From positions 62,001 to 126,000 of IMG/VR virus record IMGVR_UViG_3300009093_000035: a DNA stretch of 64,000 nt. One strand, given 5' to 3'. This document shows positions 20,228 to 30,115 of this stretch, one piece after another. The translations under genes and the position numbers were made by a program. The notes below the pieces were generated by a model. The model saw nothing but the letters and a program-made list of their open reading frames with translations. It was not told where the DNA came from and made no database searches. How positions within the stretch are numbered: position 1 is the stretch's first letter; each line of letters begins with the position of its first letter.

Positions 20228-20255
20228 CGGGGAGCCTGGTTACCCAGACTCCCCG
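20228..20255 (-). terminator. Hairpin after the tube gene, overlapping an alternative hairpin at 20213-20232
   Basis: CGGGGAG/CTCCCCG arms; competing CCCCGAA/TTCGGGG arms share the CCCCG segment; followed on the minus strand by AATCCGTTTT. Confidence 0.45.
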
Positions 20256-20282
20256 ACTCTACCGTTCAGACGTGGGACTCGA

Positions 20283-21074
20283 TCAAGCGAGAGAGCCGAC
20301 GCCCACGCCACCCGGCGAGCCGCCGTAGCGGATCGAGCCGAGCTGATCCACCGTCGGGTCGTTGCCCGTCGGGAGGAACTCGCCGTACAGCGAGGCGAAG
20401 TCGTGAACGTCGCTCACGGTGACGTCGCCCGACTCCATGACCTGGCCCTGGTCCTGGGCGAAGGTCGCCGACCACGAAGTGAACCAGCACGCCTCGTACA
20501 TCGTGATGACGGCCGAGTGACCCTGGGTCGCGCTGCCGTAGGGCGACGGATCCGGGAGAGTCGTCGAGGGGTACGCGACGCGCTGGGTGCCGCTCCCGAA
20601 GCCGAAGTCCGCGCCGGTACGACCGACGTTCGCCGCTCCGAGGTCCTGGTCCACGAGGGACGAGAACACCAGCTGCTGCTCGATGTCGAACGGCCAGCGG
20701 TGGTGAGCGAGAGACCGAACCGGACCGTCCACGCCGCCCGCATAGCCGGTCGCCTGCCAGAGGTTCTGGAGGTACAGGAGTGCGCGCTCGATCGAGCCGG
20801 TCGTGGGCTCCGTCACGGACGGTACGAGTTCGGCGATCATGTCACCGAAGCCGATACCACGAACGGTGTCGACGTTGCGGCTCTGGGACGGGCCGAACGA
20901 GGAGACGACGCCCATCTGGAAGAGCGTCTTCTGACCCGACCCGTAGGTGGGGGCCAAGAGGCGCGTCTTCTGACTCACGGCGACGCGAGTGTTCGGAGAA
21001 GTCCCGAAGTCGTACAGGTACGAACTTCCCTGTACGCCATTCGCCGGGGAGTTGTCACGGTTGCTCATACCCAC
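20283..21074 (-). CDS. Tail tube protein (263 aa)
   Basis: Downstream of the sheath; IAELVP ... IERALLY ... WPFDI ... YEACWFTSWS pattern typical of myovirus tubes; very strong GC3 codon bias. Confidence 0.75.
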   Translation of the reverse strand: MGMSNRDNSPANGVQGSSYLYDFGTSPNTRVAVSQKTRLLAPTYGSGQKTLFQMGVVSSFGPSQSRNVDTVRGIGFGDMIAELVPSVTEPTTGSIERALLYLQNLWQATGYAGGVDGPVRSLAHHRWPFDIEQQLVFSSLVDQDLGAANVGRTGADFGFGSGTQRVAYPSTTLPDPSPYGSATQGHSAVITMYEACWFTSWSATFAQDQGQVMESGDVTVSDVHDFASLYGEFLPTGNDPTVDQLGSIRYGGSPGGVGVGSLA

Positions 21075-21105
21075 GCTCCTTCATAAGGAAACGAACGAGC
21101 TGGCT

Positions 21106-21618
21106 TCAGCCCATCTTCTCCAAGTCGTCGATGATCGAACCCAAGGCGTTCATCGCGTAGTGAAGGTGGCCCAGGCTCTTCTTCGCCTCGCCCTTCTTCA
21201 TGATCTTCGCCGCTTCCGACAACGAGGGCGAGATCTTCCTGGAAATCTCATCGATCGCCGCCTTCACCCAAGGGTTCTTCGGCGAAGGAAAGGCCTCGAT
21301 CTCGGCGAACTTCTCGGCCACCCGCTCAGGAGAAGCGCTTCGTGCGTACGGCATACCCTCTTCGTCACCCTTCTCGGATAGGAACTTGTGCCAGGCGGCC
21401 TTCGCTTCCGCTCCGGTCATGAACGTCTTCGTCGAGGGCCAGTAGAGAACGTCATCGCCTCGGGCGAAAGATCGGCCGAGACCGTCCACTCCCGGGTACT
21501 TCGCCTTCATCCAGCGAGGATCGTTCGAAAGAGTACGACCGTACCCGGCCACTCTATCCACCAGCCGTTCGGCCATGGACAGGAAAGCCGGGTCGGACTT
21601 TGACGAGGGGTTCGACAT
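21106..21618 (-). CDS. Hypothetical protein with RVA-type tags
   Basis: Contains LVDRVAGY and RSASPERVAEKF; GGAG upstream. Confidence 0.7.
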   Translation of the reverse strand: MSNPSSKSDPAFLSMAERLVDRVAGYGRTLSNDPRWMKAKYPGVDGLGRSFARGDDVLYWPSTKTFMTGAEAKAAWHKFLSEKGDEEGMPYARSASPERVAEKFAEIEAFPSPKNPWVKAAIDEISRKISPSLSEAAKIMKKGEAKKSLGHLHYAMNALGSIIDDLEKMG

Positions 21619-21619
21619 C

Positions 21620-21943
21620 TCAGCTCTTCAGAGCGATCGTGTCGGCCACGTCGTCGCGGATGTCCTTCATCGTCGAGAGAGTGGCGTCGAGAAGCTTCAC
21701 GGCGGTGAGGAGATCTTCGCCGGAAGACATTCGAGCCTTGCTCAAGATCTTGAAACACTCCCAGACGTTGAGGTTCGCTGCCTTCAGTTCGACGGCGCGT
21801 CCTTCGAGGAAGCGACGCTGGATGAGGGACATTTCGCCCCAATCGACCCGCCCCTCCTTCAGGAGGGGAAGGATCGAAGGACGAAGCTCCGGCTTCGCGT
21901 GAGCGAGACGGATCAGCTTCGAACGAAGGTGACGTTCCTTCAC
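21620..21943 (-). CDS. IRLAH-tag protein (107 aa)
   Basis: N-terminus LRSKLIRLAHAKPELRPSILPLLKEG. Confidence 0.8.
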   Translation of the reverse strand: MKERHLRSKLIRLAHAKPELRPSILPLLKEGRVDWGEMSLIQRRFLEGRAVELKAANLNVWECFKILSKARMSSGEDLLTAVKLLDATLSTMKDIRDDVADTIALKS

Positions 21944-21952
21944 GGGCTCTCC

Positions 21953-24900
21953 TCAGGAGGGGTTCTGGACAGAGACGCGGAACGTCATCTGGATGTAGAG
22001 CAGCGGGAAGACCGGGACGTAGAAGGCGTTCACGAGAACCGCCGTCGGATCTTCCGGGTCGGTCGCCACGGTGATACCCGTGAAGCTCGTGATGATCTGT
22101 TCCTGGACCGCTCGCTTGAACATCTCGGAGAGACGTCCCTCGATCTGGCCGAGGATCTGCGGGAGGAACTTGACACCGATGAACGGGTCGAGTTCCGCTC
22201 GCGCGCGCTTCTGCATGTCGTCGGCGATCTGGATGACCGTCGGGATCCTCGACAGGATGTTCGACATGTCCGACGTGAGGCCGTGTCGGATCCGGAGGAA
22301 GGGAAGACGCTCCTCCAGGACCGTGACGCCGCGCTGAGCGACCTGGTTGGCCTGGACCGCGTCGAGACGCCGCGCGAGAGCCGTGAAGCCCGAGAGCTGG
22401 CGACCCGTCCACGGCGTGGCCGAGTCGATCGAGGGCGAGGTCGTGCTCGCCGCGACCGCAGCCGCGAGGTAGCGACCGTCCGAGAGGTACTGCTTCGAGT
22501 TCCCCAGGGCGTCGGTCAGCGAGAAGGTGACGATGTCCGGGTAGATGAACCGGACGCGGCTCGCGCCGGTCGCCTGAGCGATCGTCCCGGCCTGGATCGG
22601 CTGGGTGCCCGAGGCGTAGCCGAAGATCGCCGTCCGCTCCGCACGGTAGCGGATCGAGGACTGGACGTCGCAGTGGATGGCCGTCTGCTTCGCGAGGTTC
22701 GCCGTCGCCGGGGTGAGGAGGACGATCACGGTCGGGGAGATGTTCCCCGGCAGAGAATCGCCTTCGAGCGCCCGGAGAGCGTCGAGGTACGTCTGCTCGC
22801 TCGCCTGGGACGATCCCGGGGTCTTCTTGACCTGGTAGGTCGCGATCACCGAGGAACCGTTCAGGAACGAGAAGTAGGCCGCGAGGGAGAGCGGGTTGTC
22901 GGGGCTGACGTCACCGTACTCCGCCACGACGTCCGAGAGACGCGAGAAGAACTTCGGGGTGAAGTCCTGCTTCTCGAAGTTGTAGCTGACGTAGTAGACC
23001 GTTCCGATCGAGGGCTCGTCGCCCGTCTTCTTGAAGGTCTCGACGAAGGCCGAGTCGCCCACGACCACGCCGTTCGTGTTCGTGACGATCAGCTCGATAC
23101 CCGGGACCGCGAGGGTCGGGATGTTGCCGTCGGTGGTGAAGGTCTTGCTCGACCGGAAGGTGAGCGTCGCGAGGGCGCCAACCGGGTACGGGATCCCGCC
23201 GTCGCGCGGAAGGATCGTGAAGACCAATCCCGTCACGTCGTCGTAGTAGGTCTGACCCACCACGCCGTCCTGACCGACGCCGTTGTTGAAGACCGAGGTG
23301 TTGGCCGAACCCGAGCCCGAGGTCGGATCCGACGAGGTCACGAAGAACCCGTCGATCGCCGCCTCGCCCGAAGCCCCGTCCGCCGACGTGATCAGGAGCA
23401 TCGTCCCGGTCACGAGAGCGTTGTGGGACGTGGCGTCGGCGAAGTCGATCGAGGAACCGACTCCGAGCGTCTGGCTCTGGAAGTAGAGGTAGACGTTGTT
23501 CGTCGAGTCCTTCTGGATACCGGCGAGAGCGCGGCCCGCGAAGTAGTTCACGTCCGGGGTCGCGAAGGCGGTCATGAAGGTCACGAAGGCGCCAGACGCC
23601 CCCGCGTGGTTCATGAGCACCGAGCCCATCTGGAGCGCCGAGACCGACGTCGGAGCCGCCGAGCTGTCGGGGGTGAACCCGAGGGTGTCGTTCGCGCTTC
23701 CCGATCCGATCACGAGGGTCGAAGCCGGACCGACTCCGCCACCGGTGAGGCGAATCGAAGCGCCTTCCTGAAGGACTCCGACCGTCGCGGAAAGACCCGC
23801 CGCCACGATCGCGGCGTTGATCTGGCCGAGGACCGAGCCCGCGACCGTGACCGGCCCGAGAGCCGTATCCGTCCCGGGACCCGAGGCCGCGAAGACGCAG
23901 GTCACGAGACCGCCGCCCGCCGTGAAGGTCAGGACGTTGTTCGCGGGGTTGCTCGGATCCGACCCGTCGAAGAAGGTGACGTTCGGCTGACCGTCACGGC
24001 TGTCGCCGAACGTCGCCGCAGCGACCTGACCGCCCGACCAGCCCGTGAGGGCGAGAAGGGTGGGGGCCTTCACGTTCGCGCCGTAGGCCGCTTCCGCCGT
24101 GACTCCGTTGAGGAGACCGGACTTCACCGCGCCGGTTCCACCCTGGAGGGTGATTCCGGCCTGGGCGAGAGCGGAGTTGAAGGCGATCGAGTTCCCGCCG
24201 ATGAAGAGGCGGTTCCGGAGGATGATCCGGTCGTAGGGGAGGCGACCTGCCGTCGTCGTCACCGTGTAGCGACGAGCGATCGGGCCGTTGTAGACCTTGA
24301 CCTGGTCGCCGTTCGTCGCAGCGGCCGTCGAGAGACCGGCCAGGATCGCGAAGTCGCGAGCCGGAGTGGCGTTCGTGATGAACTCCAGGTAACCCGCAGC
24401 GTCGGCGCCCGCGAGCGTCGCCCCAGACCACGTCGCACCCGTGACGGTCGTCGTCGTGGTGATCGAGTTCGAGCCGAGGCCCTGGCTCTTCGCCGTGACT
24501 CGCATCGTCGTACCGGGGCCCTGAGCCGCCGAGACGACGGGGTTGAGCGTGGTCGAAGCCGCGTAGGTCGAGCCAGCGCCCGTTCCGAGGTTGATGGCGT
24601 TGATCAGGTTCGTGATCGAGGCCGCCGTCGACCCGCCGATCAGGACGTGTCCGTCCACGTCGGTGAGGACGGTCTGGAAGGTGTAGACCTTTCCGTTGAT
24701 GGTGACGGTCTGGGTATCCGTCGGCTGACCCGTGAAGGTCAGGAGACCCGTCGACCGAGCGATCGTGAGGGTGAACCGGATCTGACCCGAGGCGAGAGCC
24801 GAAGCCGTCACCGACCCGAGGAGACCGCCCGTGGCGTTGATCGTGGCCAGCTGGGTGTTGAGCTGGGCGACGAGAGCGCCTACCGAGGCGTAGGTGCCGG

Positions 24901-27259
24901 GGGTGAGGGTGACCGTCTGGATACCCGACGCGCCGGACACGCTTCCCGTGTAGTGGAGAGAGAGGCGGTCGTACTCGTTCGCCGCGACGGTGTACGCGGT
25001 GAACTGACCCGCTCCGTCGTAGCGGGACTCGTGACCCGCCGTGAGAACCGCCGCGTTGATCGCGGAGACCCAGGTAGCCGCCGTCGCCGATCCGACGGTT
25101 CCCGTCGAGACCGAGACCGGGACGCCGTCCACGACCATGTTGATCGTGTCGTCGACTCCGGAGGTGAGGCCGTAGGTGGTCTCACCCGTCGCCGGGTCGT
25201 ACTTGATCTCTTCGCCGAGAAGCGAGGCGAACGCGCCGGCTCGATTCCCGCCCGTCGGAGACGAGAGGTCGATACCAGCCGCGATACCCGTCTGGGCCGG
25301 AAGCCCGTCGATCGTGAGACGGAGGGCGTCGGAGATGTTGTCGATCGTGTAGTACGGCTGCGGGCCGAGGTTGGTGAACCGGGCCGGGGTCTCGTCGCTT
25401 CGAGCGAACTCGACCGTGACGGTCTCCTCGACGGGGACGCCGCCTTCGATCCGCGCGTCCGGGAAGAACTCCGAACCCGAGGGGAAGTTGATCTGGACCG
25501 TCGTGAGGTCAGAGCCCTTCCCCGTGAGGAACACGTCGAATAGCGAGGCTCCTGACCCGTTCACGAGGGAGTAGGTTCCGATCCCGCCCGCGCCCGCCGT
25601 CACGTTCGTGAGCGTGTAGGCGTGGCTCGAACCGATGTTCGCCTGGTCGACGAGGGTGTTGTAGTAGAAGGTCGCGTAGACCGAGGCGCCTTCCGGCACC
25701 GGGGACTTCAGCGTGATCGAGGAAGTCGTGTCGTCGACCTTCAGGACCGTGACCACCCCGCGAGCGAGAGCGTCCTGGACGCCGAAGCCCCAGTAAGCCT
25801 TGATCAGGTCCGGACGGGTCGTCGCGAGATCCGAACGGCCGTTCGAGACCGTGAGGAAGAGCGACTCACCGAGCGGGTTGCCGCGACCGTTGCCCGTCGT
25901 GGGCTGGAACGGAAGCTGGAAGACCGTCCGACTCTCGACCGCGACCGGGCCGGTGTTGTCCACCGTCGGGGTGCAGGAGGCCATGAAGACCTGGTTGTCG
26001 ACGAGCGTCGCCTGGATCTGGGACGTACCGAGCGTCACTCCGCCTTCGGTGTGGGTCGCGGGGGAAACGAGCGCCGCCGTACCCCAGACGATCACGTCAT
26101 CCTTCAGGACGTACGAGACGCCCTGGACGAAGGTGCCGGCCGTCGACCCGTCGGGGGTGAGACCAACCTGGGTGATCGCCGTGACGCCGATGTTGGCGAG
26201 GTAGTCGAACGTGTCCTGCCAGGTGTTGAAGTAGTAGCGGATCTTCACCGTCGAGGTCTTCGCCGGAGCGAAGGGGAGCGTCACGGCGCGAGCCGTTCCG
26301 TTCACAGCGCTCGGGATGACCTGGACTCCGTCCACCGTGACGACCACGTCCGCCGGGTTCGTCGTCGTGAGACCGCCGCCGTTCCCGTCCACGATCGGGC
26401 CGTTGAACACGTAGAAGGTACGGTTCCGCGACGTCGAGGCGTTCGGCACGAAGCCGAGCGTCGTATTCGCCGTCCCCGTTCCGATCACGATCGACTGGTC
26501 CGCCGAGAGGCGGAGGCAGACCTGACCGAGGTTGTTCACGAAGGTCGAAGCGACCAGCGAGCCGATCCCCGCAGTCCCGTTGATCGTGGCCGCCACGACC
26601 GCCGCCGACACGGACGGGGCCGACGAGGGCATCGTGACCGTGACGAAGGAGAGCCCGTCCACCGAGAAGGTGAACTGGTCGTTCGCGCCGAGGATGAAGG
26701 CGAAGTTCTGGCCGGCCTGGCCATCGATCACGGCCGCGTCCGAGGAGACCTGGTCCGAGACGTCGTCCGTCGTCAGGGTGTCGGTCCGGTCGAAGAAGTA
26801 GGTGCAGCGGACCGAGTCCGTCGGAAGCGGCGCCTCCGCGATCTCGACGATCCCCTTCGCCGCGTCGAGTCCGAGGACCACGACCGGGAAGTTGTTGATC
26901 AGGACCGAGACCGAACTCGTGTCGGTCGCGAGCGTCCCCGTCCCGTCGCCCGAAACGAGCGGAAGGTTGCGGACCTGGAACTTCGTGATCGTCCCGTCGA
27001 AGTCACCGAGGGTGACCAGGCCGCTCGGGGAAACGTTGAGAACCGCCCTTCCCGACTCGTCCTCTTCCGTGACCTGCTGGTCGATCGTCGAGGACGAGCC
27101 TCGGACCACCGGCAAGTTCTGACGAGACAGGATCTCCGTACCCGTTCCGACGAGAACGGTGATACGGGCGGGGACAGGCACCGGTGTGTTCGGGACCCCG
27201 AAGAACGTCTGGGTGTAGACGCCCGGGGGTGCATATCCGCCACGAAGAAGACTCGGCAT
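21953..27259 (-). CDS. Contractile tail sheath protein, unusually large (~1768 aa)
   Basis: N-terminal PPGVYT motif; C-terminal sheath domain (LAAAVAA ... RIRHGLT ... ADDMQKRARAELDPFIG ... VNAFYVPVFPL); long beta-rich insertion; followed by the tube gene. Confidence 0.88.
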   Translation of the reverse strand: MPSLLRGGYAPPGVYTQTFFGVPNTPVPVPARITVLVGTGTEILSRQNLPVVRGSSSTIDQQVTEEDESGRAVLNVSPSGLVTLGDFDGTITKFQVRNLPLVSGDGTGTLATDTSSVSVLINNFPVVVLGLDAAKGIVEIAEAPLPTDSVRCTYFFDRTDTLTTDDVSDQVSSDAAVIDGQAGQNFAFILGANDQFTFSVDGLSFVTVTMPSSAPSVSAAVVAATINGTAGIGSLVASTFVNNLGQVCLRLSADQSIVIGTGTANTTLGFVPNASTSRNRTFYVFNGPIVDGNGGGLTTTNPADVVVTVDGVQVIPSAVNGTARAVTLPFAPAKTSTVKIRYYFNTWQDTFDYLANIGVTAITQVGLTPDGSTAGTFVQGVSYVLKDDVIVWGTAALVSPATHTEGGVTLGTSQIQATLVDNQVFMASCTPTVDNTGPVAVESRTVFQLPFQPTTGNGRGNPLGESLFLTVSNGRSDLATTRPDLIKAYWGFGVQDALARGVVTVLKVDDTTSSITLKSPVPEGASVYATFYYNTLVDQANIGSSHAYTLTNVTAGAGGIGTYSLVNGSGASLFDVFLTGKGSDLTTVQINFPSGSEFFPDARIEGGVPVEETVTVEFARSDETPARFTNLGPQPYYTIDNISDALRLTIDGLPAQTGIAAGIDLSSPTGGNRAGAFASLLGEEIKYDPATGETTYGLTSGVDDTINMVVDGVPVSVSTGTVGSATAATWVSAINAAVLTAGHESRYDGAGQFTAYTVAANEYDRLSLHYTGSVSGASGIQTVTLTPGTYASVGALVAQLNTQLATINATGGLLGSVTASALASGQIRFTLTIARSTGLLTFTGQPTDTQTVTINGKVYTFQTVLTDVDGHVLIGGSTAASITNLINAINLGTGAGSTYAASTTLNPVVSAAQGPGTTMRVTAKSQGLGSNSITTTTTVTGATWSGATLAGADAAGYLEFITNATPARDFAILAGLSTAAATNGDQVKVYNGPIARRYTVTTTAGRLPYDRIILRNRLFIGGNSIAFNSALAQAGITLQGGTGAVKSGLLNGVTAEAAYGANVKAPTLLALTGWSGGQVAAATFGDSRDGQPNVTFFDGSDPSNPANNVLTFTAGGGLVTCVFAASGPGTDTALGPVTVAGSVLGQINAAIVAAGLSATVGVLQEGASIRLTGGGVGPASTLVIGSGSANDTLGFTPDSSAAPTSVSALQMGSVLMNHAGASGAFVTFMTAFATPDVNYFAGRALAGIQKDSTNNVYLYFQSQTLGVGSSIDFADATSHNALVTGTMLLITSADGASGEAAIDGFFVTSSDPTSGSGSANTSVFNNGVGQDGVVGQTYYDDVTGLVFTILPRDGGIPYPVGALATLTFRSSKTFTTDGNIPTLAVPGIELIVTNTNGVVVGDSAFVETFKKTGDEPSIGTVYYVSYNFEKQDFTPKFFSRLSDVVAEYGDVSPDNPLSLAAYFSFLNGSSVIATYQVKKTPGSSQASEQTYLDALRALEGDSLPGNISPTVIVLLTPATANLAKQTAIHCDVQSSIRYRAERTAIFGYASGTQPIQAGTIAQATGASRVRFIYPDIVTFSLTDALGNSKQYLSDGRYLAAAVAASTTSPSIDSATPWTGRQLSGFTALARRLDAVQANQVAQRGVTVLEERLPFLRIRHGLTSDMSNILSRIPTVIQIADDMQKRARAELDPFIGVKFLPQILGQIEGRLSEMFKRAVQEQIITSFTGITVATDPEDPTAVLVNAFYVPVFPLLYIQMTFRVSVQNPS

Positions 27260-27408
27260 GGTTCTCGCGCTCCTGAGTCTCGGGTTCAAACCGAGCTACC
27301 ACGGATGAATTCAACCTCTCCCGTCTATTGGAGAGGAAACGAAAAGCGCGAGAGATGGGGTACGTAGTTCGAGTAGGGTTTGGCCACGGCGTCCGAAGCG
27401 CCGGGAAA

Positions 27409-27876
27409 TCATGGGCGAAGGACGGCCTTCTTCTGGTGTTCGGATACCTGAGGAAACTTCTCCCGGAGCGCCTTCTCCATCTTGGAGTGGAACGAACGAG
27501 TTCGTTCCGAGGCGGCCCTCTGCTTGGGAGTCATGACTCCATAGGAGCCATCGATCTTCTTCGCGAGGTCGTATCCGGTCTTCCCGGACGCCTCGATCAC
27601 ATCCCTCTTCGCCTTCTGTCGAGAAGCGATGGTCTTCCACTTCGTCTTGGAGTCCTCGCCAACGATCCGATCGATCTGGTAGTCGTGAGACGAGATCCCC
27701 GACATGGGAGCCGAGAGACCCTCGGTCGCCACCGATGAAGTGACTGAGAACCCACGAGGCATCGTCTTCTCCGCCGGGGCTCCGCAAGACTCACACTTCG
27801 TCGAGTTGGTCGCACCCGCGACCCTCGCCGAGAAGTTCAGTCCGCAAGATCCACACTGGTATCGGAAGACTGGCAA
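27409..27876 (-). CDS. FmdB-like zinc-ribbon protein
   Basis: MPVFRYQCGSCG ... CESCG at the N-terminus, followed by a basic extension. Confidence 0.7.
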   Translation of the reverse strand: MPVFRYQCGSCGLNFSARVAGATNSTKCESCGAPAEKTMPRGFSVTSSVATEGLSAPMSGISSHDYQIDRIVGEDSKTKWKTIASRQKAKRDVIEASGKTGYDLAKKIDGSYGVMTPKQRAASERTRSFHSKMEKALREKFPQVSEHQKKAVLRP

Positions 27877-27923
27877 CCGGTTCTCCTATCCTTCGAGGGT
27901 AGAAATAGACGCGTCACCGCAGA

Positions 27924-29042
27924 TCATTTGATCTCTTCGAAGTCAGCCTTGCCGACGAACCAAGGATCTCGGAAGGGACTGAGGGCCAGATCCTTCGGAA
28001 CGTTCTTGATGCTCTCCTGGTAGGAGAAGATCCGAGAGACGATTGGGACGAAGAGGAACCAATCCGATTGGACTGTAACGGACATTGACGACCCGTAGAA
28101 GTAGTCGTCCCCGTTCTCGTCGTAGATCTCCTCGGTCTCTCCGCCCATGGAGACGTCCTGGATGTCGATCCCCTCTTCGATCAGATTCGGCCGAAGGATC
28201 GCCCAGAGGAACATGGCCGTACTGTCCGAGATCTCCGCCTGAGAGTTCACGTCCCGAGCGACGATGTCGATGTCGACCCCCAACTCCCACTTCCCGCCGT
28301 ACTCCAGGTACGCGGGCTCCCGGATCGCCGAGACGAGGATCGCCCAGCGATCTCCCTTCTTGTATCGATGCCCGAAGACCATGGTGACGCCCGGGATCGC
28401 CTTGTTCATCCCCGAGCGAGGGAGAACCTTCCAGGGTCCTGTGCTAACCCCCGCCGTCCGATAGTCGGCCGAGAGAGCCATGTTGTTTGCCAACGGCGTG
28501 TTAAGGAAGATCGTGGTCTGATCACTCCCCACCACGTAGTCGACCCCTGGCTTCAGTTCGCGGGCGCTGGGCAGCTCGTAGATCCGAAGACTCCCCTCGT
28601 AAGGGACGGCCTGGATCGAACCTTCCGAGTTCGTGGTCATCGTCACCCGCTCGTCTCGAACGTCGAGAAGAGGGTCGATGTAGAACTCATCCTCCGAAGT
28701 CATCTCGCAGTAGTAGACGCCCGGAGCTACGGGGAAGCGTCCCCCGTTGTCCTGGATCGCGATCGCATCCTCTCGAACCCACTCGACCGAAAGGCCCGGG
28801 TACCCGGGGATTCGGGCGAGGGTCACGTACGAGGCGACCGTACCCATGAAGTTGTCCGGAGAGAACTGAACCTTCGTCGCCTGTCCGGTCTTCAGGATGA
28901 TGCCGAACTGTGGGCGCTCTTCGAAGCTGTACTTGCCCTGGATGTTATCTACCAGGTCCTGATACTTCGGGTCGAGAGACCAGAAGGCTCGGAGTTCCTT
29001 GATGAACCGCCTGCGAGTCGCTTCGGTGAGATGGAAGTACAA
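27924..29042 (-). CDS. Neck / tail-completion-like virion protein (372 aa)
   Basis: Position upstream of the sheath; no diagnostic motif recognised. Confidence 0.45.
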   Translation of the reverse strand: MYFHLTEATRRRFIKELRAFWSLDPKYQDLVDNIQGKYSFEERPQFGIILKTGQATKVQFSPDNFMGTVASYVTLARIPGYPGLSVEWVREDAIAIQDNGGRFPVAPGVYYCEMTSEDEFYIDPLLDVRDERVTMTTNSEGSIQAVPYEGSLRIYELPSARELKPGVDYVVGSDQTTIFLNTPLANNMALSADYRTAGVSTGPWKVLPRSGMNKAIPGVTMVFGHRYKKGDRWAILVSAIREPAYLEYGGKWELGVDIDIVARDVNSQAEISDSTAMFLWAILRPNLIEEGIDIQDVSMGGETEEIYDENGDDYFYGSSMSVTVQSDWFLFVPIVSRIFSYQESIKNVPKDLALSPFRDPWFVGKADFEEIK

Positions 29043-29086
29043 AGGGTCCTCCCTTCTACCGAAGCAAAGACAGGCTATTCCCTAGG

Positions 29087-30115
29087 CTACTCGTCGTATT
29101 CCTGAAGGGCCTGGATGAGGAGCCCGTTCGCGACCGCGTTCAGCTGGTCCGTAGCGAGACGAACCTCGCTCACCTCGATCGGGAAGCGCTTCCGCTTCTT
29201 CTCGAAGACCGAGTTGAAGAACTCCAGGAAGCCCTCCGGCTTCGAGGTTCCGCCGGAGACGATGATGGGGATCGCCTTCGGGATCGCGAACTTCCCCTCG
29301 ATCGACTTGAACTGGAGGGCGATCTGGTCGAGGACGTACTCGACGAGGTTCTTGTAGTAGAAGGTGACCGCTTCCTGCTCCCGACCGACGGGCTTCCTCA
29401 GGTCGATCCCCTTCTCCTTCATGGCGCAGATCCGAGCCGCCGTTGATCCGATCGACTTCGCGGCGCCGTTGTCGATCCAATCGCCTCCGCGAGCGACCGA
29501 GAAGGAGAGACCCTCGACGGTAGTGACAGCCAACGAGACGTTCGTCATGCCGCTCCCGAACGAGAGAGCGATCCCGGAGAAGCCTTCCTTCGCGGTCTCG
29601 GCGTAGATGATCGCGAGGGCCTCGTTCCCGGCATGGGCCGTGTACCCGCACTCGGTGACGATCCGGTCGAAGACCCCCTTGTGGTACACGACATCGCGAC
29701 CGGGCTGATCGACGGGAGCCGCTGGGATCGAGAAGAAGCAGTGCTCCCCCTTCGCCTTCGGATCTCCGAGAACGTTCTTCACGAGAAGACCGAGGACCGA
29801 GAGCGAGTCGATCTCGGTCGAGGAAACGAGACCCCCCGAGAGCGGACGGCGAGCCTCCTTCCCGAAGAGATTCGCCATGTCGAGGGCCGCGTCCCCGAGA
29901 ACGAGGATCTCATCGTCCCTCTCGACGTACGAAACGTTCGAGAGCTTCAACATCTTCTTCGCGTCGGAGGGCATGTCGAGGAACGCGTCGCGCATCCGAG
30001 ACGTGTCGATTCCCTTCGCGCTCTTCCGAGCCGAAACGAGGTTCATCGTCCCGACGTCGAGACCGACCCCGAGGTACTGAGCCGTCTTCTCCGCTGCCGC
30101 CTGCTTCTCAGCCAT
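29087..30115 (-). CDS. Actin/Hsp70-fold ATPase (MreB/FtsA/EutJ-like), 342 aa
   Basis: Phosphate-1 GLDVGTMN, connect-1 NEALA, phosphate-2 LSFGSGMT, GGDWID, adenosine IIVSGGTS, connect-2 AVANG, all in the correct order and spacing. Confidence 0.85.
   Translation of the reverse strand: MAEKQAAAEKTAQYLGVGLDVGTMNLVSARKSAKGIDTSRMRDAFLDMPSDAKKMLKLSNVSYVERDDEILVLGDAALDMANLFGKEARRPLSGGLVSSTEIDSLSVLGLLVKNVLGDPKAKGEHCFFSIPAAPVDQPGRDVVYHKGVFDRIVTECGYTAHAGNEALAIIYAETAKEGFSGIALSFGSGMTNVSLAVTTVEGLSFSVARGGDWIDNGAAKSIGSTAARICAMKEKGIDLRKPVGREQEAVTFYYKNLVEYVLDQIALQFKSIEGKFAIPKAIPIIVSGGTSKPEGFLEFFNSVFEKKRKRFPIEVSEVRLATDQLNAVANGLLIQALQEYDE

Noticed and set aside
21575-25543. 1322-aa plus-strand ORF, and similar long antisense ORFs (e.g. 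35698..38094, 56721..59636, 572..2428, 25622..27367)
   Set aside because: Shadow frames opposite strongly GC3-biased real genes. They are Arg/Gly/Asp-rich with no motifs or RBS support.
27387-27403. CUUCGG-loop hairpin after the FmdB-like gene
   Set aside because: Short stem with no following U-tract; not supportable as a terminator.
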